In this document: positions 1-11,333 of the stretch, piece by piece
Layout of the letters: each line of letters begins with the position of its first letter
Position numbering within the stretch: the stretch's first letter is position 1
Assembly (NCBI GenBank): GCA_040901985.1
Contig: JBBDYC010000017.1
Span: 1 to 64,000, forward strand
DNA length: 64,000 nucleotides
Source: Gemmatimonadaceae bacterium
Lineage (GTDB): Bacteria > Gemmatimonadota > Gemmatimonadetes > Gemmatimonadales > Gemmatimonadaceae
Direction: 5' to 3'
Translations under genes and position numbers: made by a program
Notes under the pieces: generated by a model
Told to the model about the DNA's origin: nothing
Database searches by the model: none
Seen by the model: only the letters and a program-made list of their open reading frames with translations

Positions 1-37
1 GCTTGCAGGCAGTTCCCTCAAGCAGTTGTCGTTAGGC
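1..37. other. Possible partial attC end at window edge
   Basis: GTTAGGC at 31-37 (GCCTAAC on minus strand) with CAAG...TGTCGTTAG context resembling the 174-180 end of the next attC; partner arm would lie outside the window. Confidence 0.4.
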
Positions 38-47
38 GTGTTCGAGC

Positions 48-180
48 GGATAACGTGGGCTTGTGCTGCGGCGGGTCAAATAAATTGCGGCGGTGGGGCC
101 ACCGCGTACTCGCCTCAAGATAGAGCGGTGGCCCCACCGCCGCTTCACTAAACCGCCGTCAGTACCAAGTGTCGTTAGAC
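48..180 (-). other. Integron attC site (cassette 2)
   Basis: Minus strand: R'' GTCTAAC (180-174, contains TAA stop of ORF 175-363) to R' GTTATCC (54-48); imperfect palindrome with perfect 19-bp inner arms 87-105/125-143. Confidence 0.9.
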
Positions 181-363
181 GGCGGTCCGTGAGCGAAACG
201 CCCAGGCCGCGAACGTGCCCGCGATCCCTGCGGCAACCGCCGATGCCCAGATCGGGACCTCGACGCCAGCGACGTTGATGGGCCATTGCATCACGATTCG
301 CAGAAACTGCAGACCGCAAAGCAAGGAAAAAAATATTCCAGAGACCGTCGCGTAACGTCGCAT
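175..363 (-). CDS. Gene cassette 2: small two-TM membrane protein, unknown function
   Basis: 62 aa hydrophobic ORF, GGAGA RBS, stop inside attC R''; cassette start GTTAGCCGG is 8/9 complementary to its R'' CCGTCTAAC. Confidence 0.8.
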   Translation of the reverse strand: MRRYATVSGIFFSLLCGLQFLRIVMQWPINVAGVEVPIWASAVAAGIAGTFAAWAFRSRTAV

Positions 364-376
364 CGTTTCTCCGTCC

Positions 377-490
377 GGCTAACGTCAGCTTCTGCTGCAA
401 CCGCTCCAATAAGACGCGGGGGCGCCGAGTGCGACAGCACTCGGTGACCCCGCCAACCCATTCGGTTGGCAGCAGCAAGCGATGTTATCC
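377..490 (-). other. Integron attC site (cassette 1)
   Basis: R'' GGATAAC (490-484, contains antitoxin TAA) to R' GTTAGCC (383-377); arms CTGCTGCAACCG / CGGTTGGCAGCAG with one extra base; inner hairpin CCGAGTGC-GACA-GCACTCGG. Confidence 0.9.
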
Positions 491-691
491 CGCGCTCGCG
501 CCAATCTCCTCGAGGTTAATCTGCGGCAGCTGCGCAACTCGCGCGGCGTGCTCAATGGTCATGCTCACGAGGTTACCCTGCTTGTCGAGATCGACGTAGA
601 CGTTCTCCGAAATCTCCCGAGTCTCGTCCACGAGGCCCTCGGAGAACTCGAGGAGTGCGGTGTCAGTGTCCTTGAAGTACTTGACTTTCAT
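485..691 (-). CDS. DUF2283-family putative antitoxin (cassette 1)
   Basis: MKVKYFKDTDTALLEF...VYVDLDKQGNLVSMTIEHA is the DUF2283 pattern; ATGA overlap with upstream frame. Confidence 0.85.
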   Translation of the reverse strand: MKVKYFKDTDTALLEFSEGLVDETREISENVYVDLDKQGNLVSMTIEHAARVAQLPQINLEEIGASAG

Positions 692-921
692 GGGCGGAAC
701 CTACGGTCGAAGAACGCGTTGTGGACGGTCTCTCCGTCCGCGAGCAGCACGACGCGGAGGTGGCGACCCTCCTCTGGAATGTATACCCAGCGGCGAATCC
801 GGCCATCCCCCTGGATCGCTTCGGACTCGGGCGCTTGGATGGCGCGCAGGATCCACTCATCGCGAATCTGGGCACGGTCGGGCCGTTGCCGGGTGTATCG
901 GAAGTACTCGGTGGACTTGAA
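688..921 (-). CDS. Putative toxin (DUF4258/RelE-like partner of DUF2283); no canonical start codon
   Basis: Manual translation FKSTEYFRYTRQRPDRAQIRDEWILRAIQAPESEAIQGDGRIRRWVYIPEEGRHLRVVLLADGETVHNAFFDRRFRP*; TGA overlaps antitoxin ATG; in-frame TAG at 939-937 with no ATG/GTG/TTG before the conserved region. Confidence 0.75.
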   Translation of the reverse strand, partial: FKSTEYFRYTRQRPDRAQIRDEWILRAIQAPESEAIQGDGRIRRWVYIPEEGRHLRVVLLADGETVHNAFFDRRFRP

Positions 922-941
922 GACGCGCGGATTCCTCTAGT

Positions 942-1021
942 CGGGATAACAATTCATTCACCTGCACAAGAACCTACCCCCACTTTCCCAACCCCAGCAA
1001 CCCACCCCGCAATATCCAGTA
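942..1021 (-). other. attI region; crossover G|TT at 950/949
   Basis: Minus-strand GTTATCCCG (950-942) is perfectly complementary over 9 bp to cassette-1 R'' CGGGATAAC (492-484); no attC palindrome between here and the intI stop. Confidence 0.75.
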
Positions 1022-2005
1022 TCACCCCAACAACCGGTCCGCCGGACTCCGAACCCCCAGTCCCCCGCGGTTCAGTACGTGCGTGTAGATCATCGTCGTA
1101 CTCACGTCCCGGTGCCCCAGGAGCTCCTGCAGCGTGCGGATGTCGTACCCATCCTCCAACAGGTGCGTGGCAAAGCTGTGCCTGAGCGTGTGACAGGTCG
1201 CCCGCTTGGGAATCCCGGCCGCACGAACTGCGGCCTGCATCGCCCGCTGCATCACCGTCTCGTGCACGTGATGCCGCCGCCGCTCGCCGGTCGCAGGGTC
1301 GCGATACCGCCGCGCTGCAGGAAATACCCACTGCCAGGCCAGTTCGCCGGCCCAGCTTGGTGCCTTCCGGTCAAGCGCCGTCGGCAGCTCCACCCGACCA
1401 CCACCGCTTCCGCAGTCACGCTCGTGAAGCAGACGCACCCGCTGGAGCTGCGCGCCGAGCGCCGCGCGCGCCAGTGCGGGCAGGATGGTGACTCGGTCCT
1501 TGCCCCCTTTCCCGCGACGCACACGGATCTCGAGCCGCTCCAGGTCAATGTCCTTCACCCGCAACGTCAGACACTCGGTGAGGCGAAGCCCCCCACCATA
1601 CAGAAGGAGCCCCACCAGTCGGGTAGTCCCGCGCAGTTCCTTCAGCACCGCGCGAACTTCCGCGCGCGTCAGCACTGCCGGCAGATGCGTCGGTGACGTG
1701 GAACGCAGCACCCGCCTGAGGTCAGGGACCGGCACACCCAGCACGTCACGATAGAGGAACTGCAACGCGCTCAACGCCTGCATCTGCGTGGAACGCGACA
1801 CACGCCTCTGGTCGGCGAGATGGGTCAGGTAGGCGACAATTTCCGGCTCCCCCAATTCGCCCGGATGCCGCTTGCCGTGATACCGGATATACCGAAGGAT
1901 CCAGCCCAGATAGGCCTGCTCCGTACGCGGGCTTAAGTGCCGCGCACGAATGCGGCCTCTCACCTGATCAAGCAATCGCGGGGACCGAGGGGGCAGTTCG
2001 GACAT
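1022..2005 (-). CDS. intI: Integron integrase (tyrosine recombinase)
   Basis: [37 protein letters not shown] catalytic motifs plus IntI-specific insert [20 protein letters not shown]; adjacent attC array. Confidence 0.97.
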   Translation of the reverse strand: MSELPPRSPRLLDQVRGRIRARHLSPRTEQAYLGWILRYIRYHGKRHPGELGEPEIVAYLTHLADQRRVSRSTQMQALSALQFLYRDVLGVPVPDLRRVLRSTSPTHLPAVLTRAEVRAVLKELRGTTRLVGLLLYGGGLRLTECLTLRVKDIDLERLEIRVRRGKGGKDRVTILPALARAALGAQLQRVRLLHERDCGSGGGRVELPTALDRKAPSWAGELAWQWVFPAARRYRDPATGERRRHHVHETVMQRAMQAAVRAAGIPKRATCHTLRHSFATHLLEDGYDIRTLQELLGHRDVSTTMIYTHVLNRGGLGVRSPADRLLG

Positions 2006-2170
2006 ATCCGTTCACGTGGCAGGATATCGCTGCGTTCCGCCCACAACCTTGGGCCCCGCCCCGACCCAACCCCCACCCACACGCCGCAAACGGAATCCTC
2101 CCAACTCCCCCACCCATCCCTGCCCCCTCAGCCGCGCCCCACTCGGCCGTACGCCCCGCACCAGCGCCCC

Positions 2171-2199
2171 TTGCCATCCGTTCATCCGGATGATAGAAT
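2171..2199 (+). promoter_or_regulatory. Sigma70-type promoter of metF-metH with overlapping palindromic operator candidate
   Basis: TTGCCA-17 bp-TAGAAT; CATCCG-N6-CGGATG at 2175-2192 and perfect palindrome TCATCCGGATGA at 2182-2193. Confidence 0.75.
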
Positions 2200-2213
2200 G
2201 GATGCACAACCGT

Positions 2214-2264
2214 CCCGTGGCGATTTCGAGGCAACTTGCGGCCACGTTAAACAACCAGCTAAAG
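2214..2264 (+). ncRNA. SAM-II (SAM_alpha) riboswitch
   Basis: P1 CGTGGC(2216-2221)/GCCACG(2241-2246), GATTT loop, TTGC, TTAAA and 3' GCTAAAG match the SAM-II pseudoknot pattern; upstream of methionine genes. Confidence 0.88.
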
Positions 2265-2268
2265 CGCC

Positions 2269-2301
2269 GGCCCGGTGCGCCTCGATGCGTCGGGCCTTTT
2301 T
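2269..2301 (+). terminator. Leader intrinsic terminator-like hairpin
   Basis: GGCCCGGTGCG...TGCGTCGGGCC followed by TTTTT, between riboswitch and metF start. Confidence 0.65.
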
Positions 2302-2318
2302 CGTCCCCCGGAGTCGTC

Positions 2319-3187
2319 GTGAGCTCGCTGGCCGTCCCTACCCCGTTCCAGGTCTCGTTCGAGTTCTTCCCTCCGAAGACCCCGGAGATGGAGGCCACGC
2401 TCTGGCGTTCCATCACGCGTCTGGCCCCGATGGCCCCGCGCTTCGTCTCGGTGACCTACGGCGCCGGCGGCTCGACCCGCGAACGCACGCACAACACGGT
2501 GCGCCGGATCCTCGGCGAGACCTCGCTCGTCCCCGCCGCCCACCTCACCTGCGTGGCCGCGACGAGCGAACAGATTGACGCGGTCGCGGACGACTACTGG
2601 AACGTCGGCGTGCGCCACGTGGTCGCGCTCCGCGGCGACATTCCCGGCGGCGAGGCGCCCTACTTCCCCACCCCGGGGGGCTACGCGTACGCCGCCGAGC
2701 TCGTCGAGGGCCTCCGCAAGCGCCACGACTTCGAGCTCTCGGTGGCGGCCTACCCGGAGACGCACCCCGAGGCCAAGTCCCCCGAGGCCGACCTCGACAA
2801 CCTCAAGCGGAAGATTGACGCCGGCGCCACCCGCGCGATCACGCAGTTCTTCTTCGACAACTGGACCTACATCCGCTTCGTGGACCGCGCGCGCAAGGCC
2901 GGGATCACGGTCCCGATCGTCCCCGGCATAATGCCGGTCACGAACTTCACGCAGATGGTGAAGTTCGCGAAGGTCGCCGGCGCCACGGTCCCGCCCGCCT
3001 TTGCGCGACTCTTCGAGGGGCTCGACGACGACCCCGACACGCGGAAGCTCGTTGCCGCCACGGTGGCCGCCGAGCAGTGCCAGCAGCTCGCCCAGGCGGG
3101 GATCACGGAGTTCCACTTCTATACGCTCAACCGCGCCGACCTCGCGTACGCGATCTGCCACATTCTCGGGCTGAGGCCGACGGCGCG

Positions 3188-3191
<4 letters not shown>
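2319..3191 (+). CDS. metF: 5,10-methylenetetrahydrofolate reductase
   Basis: [39 protein letters not shown]; start placed at GTG 2319 after GGAG (the longer ORF overlaps the leader). Confidence 0.95.
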
Positions 3192-6895
<3,704 letters not shown>

Positions 6896-7021
6896 CGATG
6901 CGCGCGGGAGGCCGGGAGGCTGTTGCCACACGCGTCAGTAGGCCTGGCGGCGGATGCGCCACGCGTCCCCGGCCTGTAGAATGCCCTGACCGACCCGCGC
7001 GCCCCTCCCCGGCCACCCCTG

Positions 7022-8179
7022 ATGACCGCACCTGAACTCCGTCGGGTCCTGCTCGTGGACGACGACGACGCCGTGTTGACAGTGTCGAAGTTGTTGCTGA
7101 CGCGCTCCGGCTTCGCGGTGGACGAAGCGCCGTCCGCCGAGCGCGCGCTCGAACTGCTCAGCGCGCGCAGCTATGGGGCGATCCTCTCCGACATCAATAT
7201 GGAGGGGATGAGCGGGCTCGACCTGCTGCGGAAGATCCGCGAACGCGACCTCGACACGCCGGTCATCCTCATCACGGGCGGTCCGTCACTGAGCACGGCG
7301 ATTGATGCGATGGCCTGGGGCGCGCATCGCTACCTGCTCAAGCCGGTGCCAGCCGACGAACTCGTCGAGACGGTGACCCGCGCGGTGCTCCTGTCTGACC
7401 TCGCGCGCCTCAAGCGCGAGGCGTTTGCGCTCCAGAACTCGACGGTGCTCCCAGTGGACGACAGCGAGGAGCTGAACGCAAGCTTTTCGCGCGCGATTGC
7501 CGGAATTTCGATTGTCTTCCAGCCGATTCTTTCGGTCGGGCGGAGCACGGCAATCGGGTACGAGGCCCTGCTTCGATCGAGCGAGGCGAGCCTCGGCCAA
7601 CCGGAATTGTTGATAGACACGGCGCGGCTGCTGGGCCGGCAGGCCGAACTCACGAAGGCGATCTACCACCATATCGCGAAGCGCGCGACCACGATGCCGG
7701 CCGACAAGTTGCTCTTCGTGAACGTGCATCCCCCCGACCTCCTTGACGAATCGCTCCACAGTATCGGGTCGCCGCTTGCGCCGTTCGCCGACCGGATCAT
7801 CCTCGAGGTCACCGAGCGCGCCTCGATCGAGCGGATGGGCGACATCAGCGGCGTGGTGCGCGCGCTCCGCCTCCTCAAGTACCGGCTGGCCGTGGACGAC
7901 CTCGGCACTGGCTACGCCGGCCTGGCGAGCTTCACCCAGCTGAGCCCCGACTTCGTGAAGCTCGATCGCTCGCTGGTCTCGGGCATTGATAGCAGCCCCG
8001 TCAAGCAGCGCGTCGTGAAGGCGATGACCGCGCTCTGCGCCGACCTCGGCATGCAGTTCATCTGCGAGGGCGTCGAGACGGAGGCCGAGAAACAGGCGCT
8101 CCTCGCCATTGGCGCCGACCTCCTCCAGGGGTACCTCTTCGGCCTCCCCGCGCCCGGGTTCGACGAACCGCGCCTCTGA
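7022..8179 (+). CDS. Response regulator with EAL c-di-GMP phosphodiesterase domain
   Basis: REC domain (VDDD, SDINM, KP) plus EAL motifs YEALLR, LEVTE, DDLGTG, VKLD, EGVE, QGY. Confidence 0.93.
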   Translation: MTAPELRRVLLVDDDDAVLTVSKLLLTRSGFAVDEAPSAERALELLSARSYGAILSDINMEGMSGLDLLRKIRERDLDTPVILITGGPSLSTAIDAMAWGAHRYLLKPVPADELVETVTRAVLLSDLARLKREAFALQNSTVLPVDDSEELNASFSRAIAGISIVFQPILSVGRSTAIGYEALLRSSEASLGQPELLIDTARLLGRQAELTKAIYHHIAKRATTMPADKLLFVNVHPPDLLDESLHSIGSPLAPFADRIILEVTERASIERMGDISGVVRALRLLKYRLAVDDLGTGYAGLASFTQLSPDFVKLDRSLVSGIDSSPVKQRVVKAMTALCADLGMQFICEGVETEAEKQALLAIGADLLQGYLFGLPAPGFDEPRL

Positions 8180-8253
8180 CAGCGCGCCCCGGGGCAGGTA
8201 GATTGGGGGAGCCCGGCGAACGCTGCGCGCCGGCCGTCCCGAACCATCATCCG

Positions 8254-9420
8254 ATGCCGCACGACACCATCTCCGCCCACCCGCCGCTGTCCGTCCTCTC
8301 CGACGAGGAACAGGCGTTCAAGGACGCCGTCGCCGAGTTCGTCAACGGCGAGGTCCGCCCACGGGTCGTGCAGATGGAACGCGACGCGAAGATGGACCCG
8401 GCGCTCATCAAGGCCTTCTTCGAAATGGGACTGATGGGGATCCAGGCGCCCGAGCAGTACGGGGGGGCCGGCGGTACGGTGATGCTGGTGACGCTCGCGG
8501 TGGAGGAGATCAGCAAGGCCGACGCGTCGGCGGCGATCCTCGTGGACGTGCAGAACACGCTGGTCGCGCATCCACTCCTCGCGGCCGGCACTCCGGCACA
8601 GCTCAAGCGCTGGATGCCGCGGCTCTGCGGCGAAACGGTCGGGGCGTACGCGCTTTCCGAGGCGTCGTCGGGGTCGGACGCCTTTGGCCTGCAGACCCGC
8701 GCCGTCAGGAAGGAGGGCGGCTGGGTGCTCAACGGCCGGAAGATGTGGATCACCAACGGCGCCGAGGCGGGGCTCTACATCCTGTTCGCCACGGTGGACC
8801 CCTCGAAGGGCTACAAGGGAATCACCGCCTTTATGGTCGAGCGCGAGATGAAGGGCTTCGCGGTCGGCAAGAAGGAGGACAAGCTCGGGATCCGCGCCTC
8901 GAGCACGACGGAGCTGATCCTCGAGGATGTCCTGGTTCCCGATGAGAACGTGCTGGGGCCCGTGGGCCAGGGCTACAAGCTCGCGATGGAGACGCTCAAC
9001 GAGGGTCGGATCGGCATCGGCGCGCAGATGGTGGGGATTGCGCAGGGCGCGCTCGACGCCACGGTGGCCTACGTGAAGGAGCGCGAACAGTTCGGAAAGC
9101 CAGTCGCCGAGTTCCAGGCGGTGCAGTTCCAGCTGGCCCAGGCGGCGACGGAGATCGAGGCGGCGCGGTTGATGGTCTACAACGCGGCGCGGTTGCGGGA
9201 CGCCGGCCGCGAGATTGCCCAGGCCGGCGCGATGGCCAAGCTGCTGTCGTCCCAGGTCTGCGAGCGCGTCACCTCGCTCGCGGTGGAACTCTTCGGTGGC
9301 TACGGCTACACCAAGGACTACCCGGTCGAGAAGTACTATCGCGACGCCAAGATCGGGACGATCTACGAAGGGACGAGCAATATGCAGCTGGCGACGATCG
9401 CAAAGGCCTTGCTGAAGTGA
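8254..9420 (+). CDS. Acyl-CoA dehydrogenase (short/branched-chain type)
   Basis: ALSEASSGSD, NGRKMWITN, KLGIRASST, GRIGIGAQ, FGGYGY, IYEGTSN; start uncertain. Confidence 0.93.
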   Translation: MPHDTISAHPPLSVLSDEEQAFKDAVAEFVNGEVRPRVVQMERDAKMDPALIKAFFEMGLMGIQAPEQYGGAGGTVMLVTLAVEEISKADASAAILVDVQNTLVAHPLLAAGTPAQLKRWMPRLCGETVGAYALSEASSGSDAFGLQTRAVRKEGGWVLNGRKMWITNGAEAGLYILFATVDPSKGYKGITAFMVEREMKGFAVGKKEDKLGIRASSTTELILEDVLVPDENVLGPVGQGYKLAMETLNEGRIGIGAQMVGIAQGALDATVAYVKEREQFGKPVAEFQAVQFQLAQAATEIEAARLMVYNAARLRDAGREIAQAGAMAKLLSSQVCERVTSLAVELFGGYGYTKDYPVEKYYRDAKIGTIYEGTSNMQLATIAKALLK

Positions 9421-9451
9421 CGGGTGGGGGGCCGCCGGCTGCCGTGCCCGC

Positions 9452-10909
9452 TCACGCCCGCATCACGTCGCGCACATCGGCATCGAGTTGCCCCGCCGCG
9501 CGCTCCCGCGTTGCCAGCGACACCGCGAGGAACACCGAGAGCGACGTCACGAGCGTCAGGCCGGTGACGGTCACGCCGGTCGGGAGCGAGAGCCACTTGA
9601 GCCAGGCGGCGGACTCGAGGCCGAGCGTGAGGACGAGCCCGACGGCGATGGACGCAAGGGCGCCCTCACGGGTGGCGCCCTCCCAGTTCAGTCCGATCGC
9701 CAGCGCCGGCACCAGGGTGCAGGCGAAGAGCCCGTAGCCGAAGATCCCCAGGAAGGCGACGAGCGTTCCGCTCTGCTGCGCGAGGATTGCAGCGGCGATG
9801 CTGAGCACGATGGTCCAGGCCCGACCGCGGAACAATTCGTGGGACGGCCGGCGCCCGAACGCGCGGGGCAGGTCGTGGGTGACCGCCGCCGCGCCGATGT
9901 TGAGAAACGAGTTGACGGTGCTCATGATCGCCGCGGCAACGCCCGAGAAGACCAGCGCCGCAACCAGCACCGGAACCGACCCAAGCAGGAACGTCGGCGT
10001 CGCATCATCGGGCCGTGCGAGCGCGGCGATGTCGCCCCGCACGACCATCGCCTTCACGGCGACGCCCACGCCCACGAACAGGAGCTGCGCAAGCAGCATC
10101 GCCAGGGTCATCAGCGCCGGATACCACTTCAGGCGACGCGGCTCCTTCAGCATATAGTACTTGTGCGCGATGTGCGGCTGGCCGAGCGACCCGACCGCGA
10201 AGACGAAGAAGAACGAGAGCGCGACCATCGCGCCGCGCGTCCCCCACGGCCCGAGGAAGGAGGGATCCACCGCCTGCACGGCGCGGGTGATCGCCGCGAG
10301 CCCACCGCCCGAGTCCAGCGCGAAGCAGAAGACGAGCGTGCTGGCGACCGCCATCAGCAGCCCCTGGAACACGTCGGTATAGATGCCGGCGAGAATGCCG
10401 CCGCCCGCCGAGTAGGCGAGCGTGACGGCGGTGCCGATCCAGATCCCGCGCACGAGCCCCACGCCGAAGATCGCGTCCACGACGAGGCCGAGCGCGAGCA
10501 CGTTGGTGGCGACGTAGCCGACGACGCCGACGAGGATTGCCGCCGCGCTGAGCCCCTGCGCCGCCGGGGAACGATAGCGCGCGCCGATGGCGTCGGGGAT
10601 TGTGACGAGACCGCGCGCCGTCCCAAGTGACCGCAGCCGCTTGCCGAGCACCCACGCGCCGGCCGTGTTGGTGATTGCCGCCGGCAGGATGATGAACGCC
10701 GCGGTCATCCCGATTGCGTAGACCAGCCCCGGCCCGCCGATGAATGCGAAGCCGCTCAGCGTGGACGCCATCGCCGCGAGGGCGAACGGGACGAGTCCAA
10801 TCCCGCGTCCGGCTACAAAGAAGTCCTCCGCGGTCCGCGTCCGGCGCGAGGCCCACCACCCGATGGCGCCGCAGGCCAGGAAGTAGGCGACGCCGACTGC
10901 GACAATCAC
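9452..10909 (-). CDS. Sodium:solute symporter (PutP/PanF-like)
   Basis: DFFVAGR, ASTLSGFAFIGGPG, YTDVFQG, AAIMST; about 13 TM segments. Confidence 0.92.
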   Translation of the reverse strand: MIVAVGVAYFLACGAIGWWASRRTRTAEDFFVAGRGIGLVPFALAAMASTLSGFAFIGGPGLVYAIGMTAAFIILPAAITNTAGAWVLGKRLRSLGTARGLVTIPDAIGARYRSPAAQGLSAAAILVGVVGYVATNVLALGLVVDAIFGVGLVRGIWIGTAVTLAYSAGGGILAGIYTDVFQGLLMAVASTLVFCFALDSGGGLAAITRAVQAVDPSFLGPWGTRGAMVALSFFFVFAVGSLGQPHIAHKYYMLKEPRRLKWYPALMTLAMLLAQLLFVGVGVAVKAMVVRGDIAALARPDDATPTFLLGSVPVLVAALVFSGVAAAIMSTVNSFLNIGAAAVTHDLPRAFGRRPSHELFRGRAWTIVLSIAAAILAQQSGTLVAFLGIFGYGLFACTLVPALAIGLNWEGATREGALASIAVGLVLTLGLESAAWLKWLSLPTGVTVTGLTLVTSLSVFLAVSLATRERAAGQLDADVRDVMRA

Positions 10910-10931
10910 CGGCTGACCGGGCGCGACCGCC

Positions 10932-11333
10932 TCACGTGTCGGCCGGCATCACGTGACGATCGAACAGCAGGGCGTACGCCAGCGGGAGCGCCACCAACGG
11001 AACGGCGCCGGTCAGCAGCAGCATCACCGCAGTGACGCGCGGCAGGCCGAGGAGCAGTGGGCCGTCCACGGCCGGCGGCGACGCGAGCAGGGCGAACGCG
11101 AGGCCGCCGAGCGTCGTGAGCGCGACGACCACGACCACCGCGCCGAGTGCTGGCGCGACGCCACCGCGTCGCCGCGCGCCGAGCCAGAGCAGCGCGGTGA
11201 GGATCGCCGTGCTGCCGACGGCAAGACACCACGGACCGACGATTGTCGCGTCGCCTCCGAGCAACACCGTACCGTACCCGATTGCCACCGCGACGAGACC
11301 GGCGGCAAGCAGGGAGATGGGAGCGCGGGTCAC
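10932..11333 (-). CDS. Small membrane protein (about 4 TM), coupled to upstream peptidase
   Basis: Hydrophobic C-terminal part of ORF 10932-12119; GTG at 11333 overlaps TGA of the M14 gene (GTGA). Confidence 0.7.
   Translation of the reverse strand: MTRAPISLLAAGLVAVAIGYGTVLLGGDATIVGPWCLAVGSTAILTALLWLGARRRGGVAPALGAVVVVVALTTLGGLAFALLASPPAVDGPLLLGLPRVTAVMLLLTGAVPLVALPLAYALLFDRHVMPADT

Noticed and set aside
32..478. 148-aa minus-strand ORF across the attC sites
   Set aside because: Spans two attC palindromes and overlaps the better cassette ORF 175-363
48..490. Repeated palindromes as a CRISPR array
   Set aside because: Units are not identical, flank ORFs and carry RYYYAAC/GTTRRRY ends, so they are attC sites; no cas genes
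1996..2013. GTTC-N10-GTTC over the intI start as a LexA box
   Set aside because: Spacing does not fit the LexA boxes I know (GTTC-N7-GTTC, GAAC-N4-GTTC, CTGT-N8-ACAG)
2016..2318. N-terminal extension of the metF ORF
   Set aside because: Overlaps promoter, riboswitch and terminator; homology begins near GTG 2319
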